From a bacterium (lineage in GTDB: Bacteria; Patescibacteriota; Minisyncoccia; UBA6257; GWB1-50-10), in NCBI GenBank assembly GCA_021815205.1, contig JAKAHD010000002.1, positions 45,538 through 109,537 of the forward strand: a stretch of DNA of 64,000 bases, written 5' to 3'. The notes beneath the pieces were generated by a model. That model was given only the letters and a program-made list of their open reading frames with translations. It made no database searches and was not told where the DNA came from. Both the position numbers and the translations under genes were made by a program. Below, in pieces: positions 1-9,329 of the stretch. Each line of letters starts with the position of its first letter. Within the stretch, counting starts at the first letter, position 1.

Positions 1-177
1 ATGGAACGAGGAGAGTATAGTATTGAAACGAAGAAAGGAATCGCGTTTGACCCAAGGATGTCGCAGACGACGCTTGCCCTCTTTCTTTCTGCGGGAAACG
101 TTCCGAAGTTTAATTTCTTAAATCAGATGCTCATGCGCCGCGCGCGTTGGCTTATCCCTCATTTTTCGTTACAATAA
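1..177 (+). CDS. 3' end of a hypothetical protein (probably truncated by the window start)
   Basis: Frame 1 is open from base 1 to TAA at 175-177 (...NQMLMRRARWLIPHFSLQ*). Confidence 0.5.
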   Translation: MERGEYSIETKKGIAFDPRMSQTTLALFLSAGNVPKFNFLNQMLMRRARWLIPHFSLQ

Positions 178-182
178 GTTAG

Positions 183-297
183 CTACGAAATACGAATTAC
201 CTACGAATACACGAAAGAGATGACTTACAACTCACAATCGACAACTGGCAGCACGGCAATCGGATTCGTATATTCGTACTCAATTCGTAATTCGTAG
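183..297. repeat. Intergenic foldback element, TACGAA family
   Basis: Left arm CTACGAAATACGAATT..CTACGAATACACGAA; right arm TTCGTATATTCGTA..AATTCGTAATTCGTAG. Confidence 0.85.
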
Positions 298-305
298 AGA
301 ATTTC

Positions 306-1979
306 ATGAAATTGGAGAAGAAAATATTTCTCGATAGATCCGACGATCTTAATGCGGCGGTTGATGCGATCATCAATGCTTCTGCGGCGAGAGTTATTTT
401 GAACATTCCAAAGGGTTCGGTACTCGGGGAGTCAGTGCACACGTTCCAAGTGTTGCGGAGAGAAAGCGAAACCGCGGAGAAAGAGCTTTCAATCGAGTCC
501 GTTGACGAGCATATCCTCGAGCTTGCGTCGATCGCGAAGATTCCCGCACTGAATCCAATCTTCAAAATAAAGGAACGGGCGGTAACCGATATCATTCCGC
601 GTATGACTCGAATGGAAGTTCCGAAACGGAAAGCCGCTGCAGAAAAAATAGCGGAGGATGAAGAAGAAACGGAAGAGGAACTATATTATGAAAAACGGCC
701 GGTAAAGAAAAAGAAAACGTTATGGCGAAAAAAGGAAAGAGGGGAAGAGCCCCCGGAAGAGGATAGTGAAGAAAGGAACGAAGCGTCCGAAGAGACCGAA
801 GACGCAGCACCGAAGCGGAGAGGAAGAACGGGAAAGCGTCTTGTGAAATCTTTCGTTACGTTCGTAGGGCTTGTGGCGGCGGGCGCGATCGCGGTCGTGT
901 ATATTCTGCCGCGTGTGACAATTCAGATGACCCTAAAAAAAACGCAAGCGAGCTTTGATCTTTTGGTAACCGCCGCCGCAAATACTGCGACGACGACCGT
1001 GATTTCGAACTCGGTGATGATTCCCGGGCAGATACTCTCCGCCAAGAAGAACGTAGTGATGAGTTTCAAGGCGCAGGGAACCGCGGAACAAACGGGAGGA
1101 TACGCGGAGGGCACGCTTGCGATATGGAATGCATACTCCACGGCGCCGCAAACGCTCGTTGCGACAACAAGATTTCAGTTTCCCGACGGGAAGATATTCC
1201 GCCTTGTGAATGCAGTAACCGTTCCCGGAGCAAGTATGGTAAGCGGAAAGCTGAAACCATCATCAATAGATGCGCGGGTTCGCGCCGACAAGATGGGCGA
1301 TGCCTACAACCTTTCCAAAACAAATGAGGTATGGATGATTCCGGGATTCAAAGGAACGGAGCGGTACCAGAAGTTCTACGCGACAATGAAGACCTCGATG
1401 AGTGGCGGATTTACCGGTACGAGGATAGTGCCTACAAGCGCCGACATCATGAACGCAAAACAAAAGGCGGAGGAAGCACTGCGCAATACACTCGAAGCGC
1501 AGATGACCATATCGGGTTCGAATAATTATAAACTGCTTCCGGGCGCCTCCACTTTTGAGATCACGAGCGAATCGATTTCTTCCTCGACGGCCGCGGACGG
1601 CACCTTCTCGGTATTCGCCGAAGGTACGTTACGAGAACTCGTGTTTGATGAAGGAATGCTGAAACATGCCATTATGCAATCGGCGGGTATCTCGACCGCA
1701 GGTGATATGAAGATTGATAATCTCACCTTGAACTATGGGACCTCGACTTTGGATGTCGCGAACGGAAAGGTATCGTTTACGGCACGCGGATCCATTCTTG
1801 CCGAGCCGAATATTGATTTCAACGGTTTGAAACAGCAGATCGCGGGGGATAACGAGGCGGACCTCAAGGCCGCGCTCTTCTCGCTTCCCGGACTCGAGAA
1901 GGCGAACATCTCCTTCTGGCCTTTTTGGGTCACGGCCGTGCCGCAAGACACAGGGAAGATTTATTTCGAAGTGCAGTAG
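306..1979 (+). CDS. Single-pass membrane protein with acidic/basic linker and large extracellular domain (baseplate-J-like CPR family, tentative)
   Basis: 557-aa ORF, one hydrophobic segment (FVTFVGLVAAGAIAVVYIL), C-terminal ISFWPFWV motif. Confidence 0.7.
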   Translation: MKLEKKIFLDRSDDLNAAVDAIINASAARVILNIPKGSVLGESVHTFQVLRRESETAEKELSIESVDEHILELASIAKIPALNPIFKIKERAVTDIIPRMTRMEVPKRKAAAEKIAEDEEETEEELYYEKRPVKKKKTLWRKKERGEEPPEEDSEERNEASEETEDAAPKRRGRTGKRLVKSFVTFVGLVAAGAIAVVYILPRVTIQMTLKKTQASFDLLVTAAANTATTTVISNSVMIPGQILSAKKNVVMSFKAQGTAEQTGGYAEGTLAIWNAYSTAPQTLVATTRFQFPDGKIFRLVNAVTVPGASMVSGKLKPSSIDARVRADKMGDAYNLSKTNEVWMIPGFKGTERYQKFYATMKTSMSGGFTGTRIVPTSADIMNAKQKAEEALRNTLEAQMTISGSNNYKLLPGASTFEITSESISSSTAADGTFSVFAEGTLRELVFDEGMLKHAIMQSAGISTAGDMKIDNLTLNYGTSTLDVANGKVSFTARGSILAEPNIDFNGLKQQIAGDNEADLKAALFSLPGLEKANISFWPFWVTAVPQDTGKIYFEVQ

Positions 1980-1991
1980 CTGACACGGATA

Positions 1992-2015
1992 GTGCTATGC
2001 CCTATAGCATGGCAC
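1992..2015. repeat. Degenerate copy of the GGTGCTATG..CATAGCACC palindrome
   Basis: GTGCTATGCCCTATAGCATGGCAC. Confidence 0.65.
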
Positions 2016-2050
2016 CTGACTGAGATAATATAGTTGCACCCCTATTGATA

Positions 2051-2079
2051 TTGACAATTTTCCACCTCTTCGTTACCAT
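2051..2079 (+). promoter_or_regulatory. Sigma70-type promoter of the infA/alpha operon
   Basis: TTGACA-17 nt-TACCAT upstream of infA. Confidence 0.55.
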
Positions 2080-2094
2080 AGAACCTGCCTATTG

Positions 2095-2325
2095 ATGAAA
2101 CCATCACCGCAGCTTGTGAGAGTGGAAGGAAAGGTGATAGAGGCCCTGCCGGGTCTTCTCTTCCGCGTGATTGTGGGAAAAGAGGGGGAAGGAGGACACG
2201 AAGTCCTGGGGCATCTTGCGGGGAGGTTAAAATTGCACCGCATCCGCGTGATCCCGGGAGATCGGGTGATTCTCGAAATGGCGAACATGAACGATGCGAG
2301 GGGAAGGATCACTAGAAGGCTATAA
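2095..2325 (+). CDS. infA: Translation initiation factor IF-1
   Basis: VEGKVIEALPG..F.V...HLAGRLKLHRIRVIPGDRV..GRITRR. Confidence 0.95.
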   Translation: MKPSPQLVRVEGKVIEALPGLLFRVIVGKEGEGGHEVLGHLAGRLKLHRIRVIPGDRVILEMANMNDARGRITRRL

Positions 2326-2330
2326 AAGGC

Positions 2331-2523
2331 GAAATCCCAAATACCAAATTTCAAATAACAAATAAATTCTGTCCCTTCGGTCATCCCTACGGGAGATGTC
2401 CCGGAGGGACAGATATCTCCCGCAGGGAGACCATTCTCGAAATCTAAAACCGGTAACATGTTTCTGATTTTGATGTTAGATTAGGTATTATTTGGAGCTT
2501 GGTGCTTGGAACTTGGAATCTTT
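2331..2523. repeat. Intergenic foldback element, AAATCC/AAATTC heptamer family, with nested TGTCCCTTCGG..GGGACA mini-hairpins
   Basis: Left arm AAATCCCAAATACCAAATTTCAAATAACAAAT; right arm TTTGGAGCTTGGTGCTTGGAACTTGGAATCT. Confidence 0.8.
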
Positions 2524-2527
2524 CGAC

Positions 2528-2644
2528 ATGAAAGTACGCGCGTCGGTAAAAAAAATTTGCGAAGGCTGCAAAACCGTCCGCCGCAAAGGACGGCTTTATG
2601 TAATTTGCAAGAAAAACCCGAAGCATAAGCAGAGACAAGGCTAA
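2528..2644 (+). CDS. rpmJ: 50S ribosomal protein L36 (absent from the ORF track)
   Basis: Manual translation [38 protein letters not shown]. Confidence 0.97.
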   Translation: MKVRASVKKICEGCKTVRRKGRLYVICKKNPKHKQRQG

Positions 2645-2648
2645 CGAT

Positions 2649-2785
2649 AAAATCCGAAGCACGAAATCCGAAATTCGAAACAATAGTCAAAAATAAGAAA
2701 TAATAATGCTCAAAACACGTGTTTAGGATTTAGGAAATTTGGTATTGGAATTTGTTTCGTATTTCGATATTCGAATTTCGAATTT
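2649..2785. repeat. Intergenic foldback element, AAATCC/AAATTC family
   Basis: AAATCCGAAGCACGAAATCCGAAATTCGAAACAA ... TTGTTTCGTATTTCGATATTCGAATTTCGAATTT. Confidence 0.85.
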
Positions 2786-2791
2786 AATTGT

Positions 2792-3175
2792 ATGAGAGTA
2801 GCCGGTGTAAATATTCCCGATACTAAGAAGGTGCGGATCGCGCTTCGTTATATTTATGGCGTAGGTCCTACGAACGCGCTCGAAGTGTTGAAGATTTCTA
2901 AGATCGACCCCGAGAAGCACGCAAAGGACCTGACGCCCGAAGAGGTAAATAAAATCCAATCTTATTTTGAAAAACACATAAAGGTGGAGGGGGAACTGCG
3001 GCAGGTAGTGCGGCAGAACATCAACCGACTGAAAGACATAAAAGCCTACCGCGGCGTGAGGCATATGCGCCGCCTTCCAGTTCGGGGTCAGCGCACCAAG
3101 ACGAACTCGCGAACGGTGCGCGGAAACGTCCGGAAGACCGCAGGGAGCGGAAAGAGAAAAGTGGAACTCAAGTAA
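2792..3175 (+). CDS. rpsM: 30S ribosomal protein S13
   Basis: RVAGVNIP..IALRYIYGVG..YRGVRH..LPVRGQRTKTNSRT. Confidence 0.98.
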   Translation: MRVAGVNIPDTKKVRIALRYIYGVGPTNALEVLKISKIDPEKHAKDLTPEEVNKIQSYFEKHIKVEGELRQVVRQNINRLKDIKAYRGVRHMRRLPVRGQRTKTNSRTVRGNVRKTAGSGKRKVELK

Positions 3176-3345
3176 CGAAATCCTAAGCACCAAATCCTAG
3201 ATTCTAAACAAATTCCAATGACAAAAACCCAAAACAACAGAACACATGTTTCGGTCATTATCATTTCGAATCTTGGTCATTGTTTAGGATTTATGTCCCT
3301 TCGGGACATCTCCCGTAGGGAGAGAAATTAGAATTTAGGATTTCG
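3176..3345. repeat. Intergenic foldback element, AAATCC family, with nested mini-hairpin at 3294-3323
   Basis: Terminal inverted repeat CGAAATCCTAA/TTAGGATTTCG starting immediately after the rpsM stop. Confidence 0.85.
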
Positions 3346-3351
3346 ACTATT

Positions 3352-3804
3352 ATGGGGAAGAAAAAAGTAGCGGAAAAAACAAAAGAGGAGTTGATAAAGG
3401 AAAACGAATCCGTCGAGAGCGCAGTGGCAAAGCAAAAGGGCGCCGCCGGAAAATCGCGCGTGGAGCAGGGGAGGATTTACGTGCGGACGACGTATAACAA
3501 CACCATGATCACGGTAACTGATATGCAGGGAAGAGTAATCGCGTGGATGTCCGCGGGATCGCTCGGATTTTCGGGACCGAAGAAGGCGACGCCGTTCGCC
3601 GCATCAAAGGTTGCGGAGGCGATCACGCAAAAAATAGAAAAGACCGGTCCCTCGACGGTCGAGATTTATGTGAGGGGCGTGGGAAGCGGAAGAGATTCTG
3701 CGGTCCGTTCGTTCGCCGCGAAGGGCTTGAATATCATCGCGGTGAGAGACGTAACGCCGATTCCGCACAACGGGCCGCGCCCCGCGAAAGTAAGGAGGGT
3801 ATAA
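3352..3804 (+). CDS. rpsK: 30S ribosomal protein S11
   Basis: YNNTMITVTD..SAGSLGFSG.KKATPFAA..DVTPIPHNG.RP. Confidence 0.98.
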   Translation: MGKKKVAEKTKEELIKENESVESAVAKQKGAAGKSRVEQGRIYVRTTYNNTMITVTDMQGRVIAWMSAGSLGFSGPKKATPFAASKVAEAITQKIEKTGPSTVEIYVRGVGSGRDSAVRSFAAKGLNIIAVRDVTPIPHNGPRPAKVRRV

Positions 3805-3805
3805 C

Positions 3806-3843
3806 GCACGAATATGCACGAATCATTCACGAATATCACGAAT
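3806..3843. repeat. Solo left arm of a CACGAAT-family element
   Basis: GCACGAATATGCACGAATCATTCACGAATATCACGAAT directly after the rpsK stop. Confidence 0.7.
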
Positions 3844-3851
3844 AGGCAATT

Positions 3852-4454
3852 ATGAAATCAGTGAAAGAAAAAAAGGAACGATCACTCGGCGTGAGGCTTT
3901 TTATCAAGGCGGATCGTTGCGGTTCACCGAAGTGTGCGATGGTGCGCCATCCGTACCGCCCCGGCATGCACGGAGAAAGAGGACGCCGCACGGTCTCCGA
4001 TTACGGGCGCCAGCTTCAGGAGAAGCAGAAAATGCAGCTTCTGTACGGTTTCAACAATCGGCAGATGCGGAATCTTTTCAAAGCGCACGCTCAAGAGGAG
4101 ATTTTCCTGCGTCTTGAAATGCGGCTTGATCACGTGGTGTTCCTCCTCGGATTTGCAAAATCGCCCCGTATCGCCCGCCAACTCGTCTCCCACGGGCATG
4201 TCCATGTGAACGGGAGAAAGGTGACAATTCCTTCGTTTCATGTGAAAATAGGAGATGAGATACGTATTCGTCCGGAATCCCGCGACTCGAAAGTGTTTGA
4301 AGATATACATGCGAGATTGAAACAGCATGCGGCACCCGCATGGCTCGAACTCCTGCCCGAGAGGCTTGAAGGGAAGTGCGTTTCGAACCCTTCGCCCGAG
4401 GATCTCCGGTTGCCATTCGATATTAATTTGGTCGCCCAATTTTTTGCCCGTTAA
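3852..4454 (+). CDS. rpsD: 30S ribosomal protein S4
   Basis: SDYGRQLQEKQK..LEMRLDHVVF.LGFAKS..ARQLVSHGHV.VNGRKV.IPSF. Confidence 0.98.
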   Translation: MKSVKEKKERSLGVRLFIKADRCGSPKCAMVRHPYRPGMHGERGRRTVSDYGRQLQEKQKMQLLYGFNNRQMRNLFKAHAQEEIFLRLEMRLDHVVFLLGFAKSPRIARQLVSHGHVHVNGRKVTIPSFHVKIGDEIRIRPESRDSKVFEDIHARLKQHAAPAWLELLPERLEGKCVSNPSPEDLRLPFDINLVAQFFAR

Positions 4455-4476
4455 ATAACGCGGGTAGCACACCAGC

Positions 4477-5235
4477 ATGAAGTACTTGCATCTTAGTGAG
4501 ACAGTGGTCGTAAAAAAGATTTCCGAGAAGGATAACATCGGAGTATTCCATATTGAAGGATTGTATACGGGATACGGCACGACCCTTGGGAACGCGCTTC
4601 GGAGAGTGCTCCTCTCTTCGCTTCCAGGAGCGGCGATTACCCAAATCAAGATACAAGGAGTGGATCACGAGTTTTCGACGCTTCCCGGCATGATGGAAGA
4701 TGTCGTCGAATATACGCTGAACCTGAAAAAGGTGAGATTTGTGTTTAACGCGGAAGAGCCGCAGACCCTTTCTTTAAAGGTAAAAGGGGAACGCGAAGTA
4801 ACGGCGGCCGATATTGAATCTTCCCCGTTCGTGCAGGTAATCAATAAAGATCTGCATCTTGCAACGCTCACGAAAAAGTCCGCCGAACTCAACATGGAAC
4901 TTACCGTCGAGAAAGGATTGGGGTACGTAGTCTCCGAGATGCATCGCGTGGAGCGTCTCTCTGTAGGAACGGTGGTCTTGGACGCAATCTTCTCTCCCGT
5001 CGTGCGCGTTGCGTTCAAGGTCGAGGACATGCGCGTGGGAGACAGGACCAACTTCAATCGTTTGGAGCTTGAGATAGAAACGGATGGCTCGATCAGCCCC
5101 TCCGAGGCGCTCCATAAAGCGGGGAAGATCATGAAAGATCATTTTGAGAAGATAGCGGAGATAGAAGTGACTCCGGCGGCGCTCGCCGAGGAAGCGGAAG
5201 AAGAGAAAGAAAAGAAAACAAAAAAGAAGAAATAA
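4477..5235 (+). CDS. rpoA: RNA polymerase alpha subunit (no recognisable alpha-CTD)
   Basis: GYGTTLGNALRRVLLSSLPGAA..HEFSTLPG..EDV..DAIFSPV..RVGDRT; 252 aa. Confidence 0.96.
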   Translation: MKYLHLSETVVVKKISEKDNIGVFHIEGLYTGYGTTLGNALRRVLLSSLPGAAITQIKIQGVDHEFSTLPGMMEDVVEYTLNLKKVRFVFNAEEPQTLSLKVKGEREVTAADIESSPFVQVINKDLHLATLTKKSAELNMELTVEKGLGYVVSEMHRVERLSVGTVVLDAIFSPVVRVAFKVEDMRVGDRTNFNRLELEIETDGSISPSEALHKAGKIMKDHFEKIAEIEVTPAALAEEAEEEKEKKTKKKK

Positions 5236-5240
5236 ATTTT

Positions 5241-5352
5241 GCTACGAAATACGAAGGTAGTACGAATATACGAAATTATAGCTTACGATTTATATCACAT
5301 AACTAACAAGGAACGCGGATTCGTATATTCGTACACAATTCGTAATTCGTAG
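5241..5352. repeat. Intergenic foldback element, TACGAA family
   Basis: GCTACGAAATACGAA..TACGAATATACGAA ... TTCGTATATTCGTA..AATTCGTAATTCGTAG. Confidence 0.85.
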
Positions 5353-5361
5353 AGAAATCCT

Positions 5362-5715
5362 ATGCGTCATCTCAACAAGGGGAGAAAATTTGGTTTGAAG
5401 CGGGGCCCGAGGAGGGCGTTTTTGAGGGTACTCGCGAACAACCTTATTCGCCATGAACGCATCCGTACCACGGAGGCGAGAGCGAAAGAAATAAAAATGC
5501 TTGTAGAGCGCTACATTACCTATGGAAAGAAACAGAACTTGAGCGGCATGAGATTATTGCAGCAGAAGCTTCCGAAGGTCGCCGCATACAAGGTATACCA
5601 CGAACTTGCACCGCGTTATGCGGAGCGCAAGGGAGGTTATATAAGAATTTTGAAACAGACGAAGGCTCGGACACATGACGGCGCGAAGATGGTCGTGATC
5701 GAGTTTGTGAAGTAA
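5362..5715 (+). CDS. rplQ: 50S ribosomal protein L17
   Basis: MRH...GRKFG..HERIRTTEARAKE..RKGGYIRI..DGAKMVVIEFV. Confidence 0.97.
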   Translation: MRHLNKGRKFGLKRGPRRAFLRVLANNLIRHERIRTTEARAKEIKMLVERYITYGKKQNLSGMRLLQQKLPKVAAYKVYHELAPRYAERKGGYIRILKQTKARTHDGAKMVVIEFVK

Positions 5716-5834
5716 TCGCGAATAACGCGAATGAATTCAAAATAATGCGAATACGATATAACGCATACGAATATGGAAACGGGTCGAATTACAACCATTC
5801 GCGTTCTTTGCTGTAATTTGCATTATTGGTGATA
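5714..5834. repeat. Degenerate intergenic foldback element, CGCGAAT variant
   Basis: ATCGCGAATAACGCGAAT..AATGCGAAT ... ATTCGCGTT..ATTTGCATTATTGGTGAT. Confidence 0.65.
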
Positions 5835-5839
5835 ACTCT

Positions 5840-6181
5840 ATGCAGTACGAGTTTGACGCAAAAAATAAAAAACTAGGAAGACTTGCGAGCGAGATTGCGC
5901 TCGTGCTCCAGGGCAAGAAGAGCCCTTCGTATCATCCCAAAGACGAGGGCTCCGATACGGTAGTCGTGAAAAACGCCGCGAAGCTCGTGCTCACGGGCAG
6001 GAAGGCGCAGGAAAAGGTATATTACCGCCATGCGGGCGCGCTGGGACACCTGAAAGAAACGAAGTTTGAAGATAAGTTCGCAAAAGACCCCGCCTGGGTG
6101 TTGCGGCACGCGGTGCGGCTCATGCTTCCCAAGAATCGTTTGAATATAAGAAGGTTAAAGCGGTTAAAAATAGAGGAGTAA
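5840..6181 (+). CDS. rplM: 50S ribosomal protein L13 (short form)
   Basis: DA...LGRLASEIA..LQGK....Y.P..VVVKNA.K..LTG.K..K.YYRH..MLPKNRL. Confidence 0.95.
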   Translation: MQYEFDAKNKKLGRLASEIALVLQGKKSPSYHPKDEGSDTVVVKNAAKLVLTGRKAQEKVYYRHAGALGHLKETKFEDKFAKDPAWVLRHAVRLMLPKNRLNIRRLKRLKIEE

Positions 6182-6196
6182 TCACAAAAAACGGCA

Positions 6197-6652
6197 ATGA
6201 CAACGACAACTCCAAAAACGAAAAAAACTTCGGCGGGAAATTCCGGAAAAGAGCGGTATCTCGAGGCGGTCGGAAGAAGAAAGACGGCGGTTGCGCGCGT
6301 CCGCCTTTTTACGGGGCGTCCAAAATCAAGCAAGGAACCAGAGATGATGGTGAATGGAAAGGGATTTACCGAATACTTCGGTCTCGTAAAACAGCAGGAG
6401 ATCGTACGCGCTCCGTTTCAGGCGCTCTCGCTTAAAGAGTACAACGCGACCGCGCTCGTGAAGGGCGGGGGCGTGCATGCGCAGGCGGAGGCGATCCGTC
6501 TCGGGCTCTCGAGGACGCTCGTCGCGATGAACCCCATCTGGCGCTCGAAATTGAAATCGCTCGGATTTTTGAAACGCGATCCCCGCAAAGTGGAACGCAA
6601 AAAGTACGGTCTGCGAAAAGCAAGAAGACCTCAGCAATGGCGTAAACGTTAA
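6197..6652 (+). CDS. rpsI: 30S ribosomal protein S9
   Basis: GRRKTAVARVRL..GGG.HAQAEAIR.G..RD.RKVERKKYGLRKARR.QQWRKR. Confidence 0.98.
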   Translation: MTTTTPKTKKTSAGNSGKERYLEAVGRRKTAVARVRLFTGRPKSSKEPEMMVNGKGFTEYFGLVKQQEIVRAPFQALSLKEYNATALVKGGGVHAQAEAIRLGLSRTLVAMNPIWRSKLKSLGFLKRDPRKVERKKYGLRKARRPQQWRKR

Positions 6653-6882
6653 AAAAATCCCCTATCGGGGGATTTTTCTTTACGCCATTGCTGAGAGGAG
6701 GGGGTGATGGGGGAGGGCGGGAAATGAGCCCTCCCCCAAGCCGGAGCTCGCGAACCGAATGGTTCGCGGGAGTCCGCCAAAGGCGGACGACGCAACAATG
6801 GCGTAAACGTTAAAAAAATCCCCTATCGGGGGATTTTTCTTTACGCCATTGCTGAGAGGAGGGGGTGATGGGGGAGGGGCGG
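6635..6882. repeat. Direct duplication of the rpsI 3' end plus its terminator hairpin (6635-6720 and 6796-6882)
   Basis: Two near-identical ~86-bp copies at 161-bp period; each contains AAAAATCCCC-TATCG-GGGGATTTTT. Confidence 0.9.
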
Positions 6883-7028
6883 ATCGCTGTATTGAAAAAG
6901 TGTGCGCTCCAAGACCGCCTGCCTGCGCAGGCAGGCGAGGCCGGTCTTACCCACTTTTTCAATACAGCGAATCCGCTTTTCACGTAAAAAACCCTGCCTA
7001 TAATGCGGGGTTTCTATTGGGAGAGGGT

Positions 7029-7814
7029 TTATCGAAGCGCAAAAGTCGCGTGCACAAGGTAGGTCAGAAGTTTTTCAACCGAGGAGGTGTCGTATGCGCC
7101 GTAATCCGAAACAAGCGTTGAGTTTACGGGTGTGATCTGCGTGACGCCGATACTCGATGACCGCAAGTTTCCGACCGTCGCCCCGACGCCTTCGGTGATC
7201 GCCTTTGCCCGGTCGCGGGCATCCGAAAGCGCGCTCTGGAGCATTCCTCGCCTCAAGGAGTCGAGTGTTTCGTTCTTCAAGTAATATTCCGGGCTCTGCG
7301 CGGAAAAGATGATTCCTTTTCCGACGAGGAACTGCGGTGCGTCATGCGCAAGCGTGGTGAGCCCGTCTACGTTGTCCGATTCGACGAGTATGCTTTGCGA
7401 GAGATCGTATCCTGTAAGTGTTCCCCCCAGGCCGCCGCCGTAGAACTTCGCGCTCATCACGCCGTTCGCCGTCTGATACTGAGGATCGACGGAAAGAGGA
7501 TTGACCGTGATCGAGGAAGTCGCGATGCCATTCGACGTGAAATAGGCGAGGATGGTATTCAAATCGCTCGTCATCTGCGCGGAACCGGTCTTCAAATCGC
7601 TTTCCGCAGGACCGGTGTGGCGGAGGAATGTGCCCCTCCACTTCACGACGTCGGATTTCACCGTTTTCTGGGAGACGCCCGTCACGGTGACGACCGCGTT
7701 ATTGTAGGTTTTTACGTAATACACAACCCAGCTTACGATAACCGCAGTGAGCATCAAGCTCAGGCCGAGTATTATTCCGAACGGAACGAGCGATCTCGGT
7801 TTGTTTTCATTCAT
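7029..7814 (-). CDS. SIMPL (DUF541) domain protein
   Basis: N-terminal TM segment, VTVTG.S...V.SD..W, A..DA..RA.AI....G..VG.LRS, YG.YDTSS.EK. Confidence 0.85.
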   Translation of the reverse strand: MNENKPRSLVPFGIILGLSLMLTAVIVSWVVYYVKTYNNAVVTVTGVSQKTVKSDVVKWRGTFLRHTGPAESDLKTGSAQMTSDLNTILAYFTSNGIATSSITVNPLSVDPQYQTANGVMSAKFYGGGLGGTLTGYDLSQSILVESDNVDGLTTLAHDAPQFLVGKGIIFSAQSPEYYLKNETLDSLRRGMLQSALSDARDRAKAITEGVGATVGNLRSSSIGVTQITPVNSTLVSDYGAYDTSSVEKLLTYLVHATFALR

Positions 7815-7860
7815 TGTTGTGGAGAGAAATGAACGACCTTTTGAGACAGTATAGCAGATT

Positions 7861-7980
7861 CGAAATAACAAATCACAGGCGTAAATCCTCAATAATGACC
7901 AAAATCAGAAATTCCAATTATCAAAACACGCGTTTTGAATTTTGTATTTTTTAGGATTTAGAATTTTGAGTTTAGGATTT
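7861..7980. repeat. Degenerate intergenic foldback element, AAATCC family
   Basis: AAATAACAAATCAC..AAATCCT ... TTTAGGATTTAGAATTTTGAGTTTAGGATTT. Confidence 0.65.
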
Positions 7981-9329
7981 CACTCTCCGAGCGTCGTTTG
8001 CACGAAGCTCCCATCGCGCTTCATTGCGTAGATTGTGTTTCCTTCCGGAAACACCTTCTTAATCGCACTGCTTATAATCGAGATGTTTTGGGGCGTTCTG
8101 TTGTCGAGTTCGGCGAGTGCGGCGCCCTTCGTGCCGAGCACAAGGCCGTAGTCGGGAAAGCTCGGAAGCCAGAAAAACTCGCGGGGTGTTCCGAGCGAAT
8201 CAGGGAGCTCAATGCTCCACTCGGCGCCCTGGAGCACGTCGGTATCGCTGTGGTAATCTTTGAGGGCGAGCATGCGAAGCGAGCCGTCGGTTCCAAGGAG
8301 TGCGAGTCGTTCCTCTCCGGGCGAGAGGAAGAATGACTGCACGCCATGCGCAAGGAGATTGATGGTATGGGAGCTTCGGTCGTAGCGGGAGAGATCGCCG
8401 TTCTTCTTGAGCAGGAAGATTTCGTTGCCGCCCGGATTCGTCTCAAGTTTTGTGGTGTTCACGGCGCCGAGAGCGTACTCGTTCGTGGTCTGAAGAAGCA
8501 GGTTGAATACGAGAAGCTTCCCTTCGTCGTTCACGAGAAACACCTCGTTTTCGGATGTGGTCGCCGCGACGATGTGCGGGAAATTCGAAAGGAGATCAAT
8601 TCGCGTCCGCCGCAAGTCGAGAAGATACAAGCCGTTCGAAGTAGTAAGAAGCAACCTCCCCGCGCTAAAAGGGTGGAAGAGAATCCGGGTGATAGGCCCC
8701 GCCGCACTTTTTGCGGTGCGCCCGGAGAGAGAGGCAAAAAGCGAAGAAATATTCGTACTGCTCGCGGGGTTCTGGAGGTCGGTAAAGAAGTAGTTTTTTC
8801 CCTCGCTCGAGATGAGGTAGTTCGAGTCTTTATCGCTTACCGCGACGTTCGTTCCGCGGAGTGTCGTACCGTCGAAATGGAGCGAGCGCTTCGCGTCGCT
8901 CGTTACGGCGCCGCTTTGGGTGAGCCAGAAATCGGAGATGGGGTCTTTCGCGACCTCGGTGAAGCTGAATGTTGCGGGCCACAGTGTGATACGCGCCGCC
9001 GCGGTGACAATTCCCGATTTTACGGCGAGATCCTTCGTCCATGAATCATATCCATTTTTTGCGAGTACGAGATGATACGCGCCCGGTTTGAGGTCGGTGA
9101 TAAGTACGCCGGGAATCACGAATCCCTGCGATGCGTCTTCCAACACCCCATTCAAGGTAAGTGAAGCGTCGGTGGGATTGAACTTTAAGAAGAGCGCGCC
9201 AGTTTTCACGAATCTGAAATTGTTCGCGTCAAACACAAGGCCTTGCGCGGTGAGAAGAAGATACGCGCCCACGATTACGAAGACGAGTATAAAAAAATAG
9301 AAGAGAACTCTTCGCGCAACAGTGTTCAT
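7980..9329 (-). CDS. Membrane-anchored PEGA-domain / beta-propeller-like protein
   Basis: N-terminal TM segment, KTGALFLK..P.DA...LNG, L.PG.Y...L.K.GY..W.K motif. Confidence 0.75.
   Translation of the reverse strand: MNTVARRVLFYFFILVFVIVGAYLLLTAQGLVFDANNFRFVKTGALFLKFNPTDASLTLNGVLEDASQGFVIPGVLITDLKPGAYHLVLAKNGYDSWTKDLAVKSGIVTAAARITLWPATFSFTEVAKDPISDFWLTQSGAVTSDAKRSLHFDGTTLRGTNVAVSDKDSNYLISSEGKNYFFTDLQNPASSTNISSLFASLSGRTAKSAAGPITRILFHPFSAGRLLLTTSNGLYLLDLRRTRIDLLSNFPHIVAATTSENEVFLVNDEGKLLVFNLLLQTTNEYALGAVNTTKLETNPGGNEIFLLKKNGDLSRYDRSSHTINLLAHGVQSFFLSPGEERLALLGTDGSLRMLALKDYHSDTDVLQGAEWSIELPDSLGTPREFFWLPSFPDYGLVLGTKGAALAELDNRTPQNISIISSAIKKVFPEGNTIYAMKRDGSFVQTTLGE

Noticed and set aside
183-297. 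TACGAA tandem repeats as a CRISPR array or iterons
   Set aside because: Units are under 10 bp, degenerate and arranged as inverted arms; no unique spacers and no rep gene.
6849-7121. Short ORFs spanning repeat regions (also 16000-16293, 57337-57583, 58636-59004)
   Set aside because: They are translations of palindromic or mobile DNA with no protein motifs.
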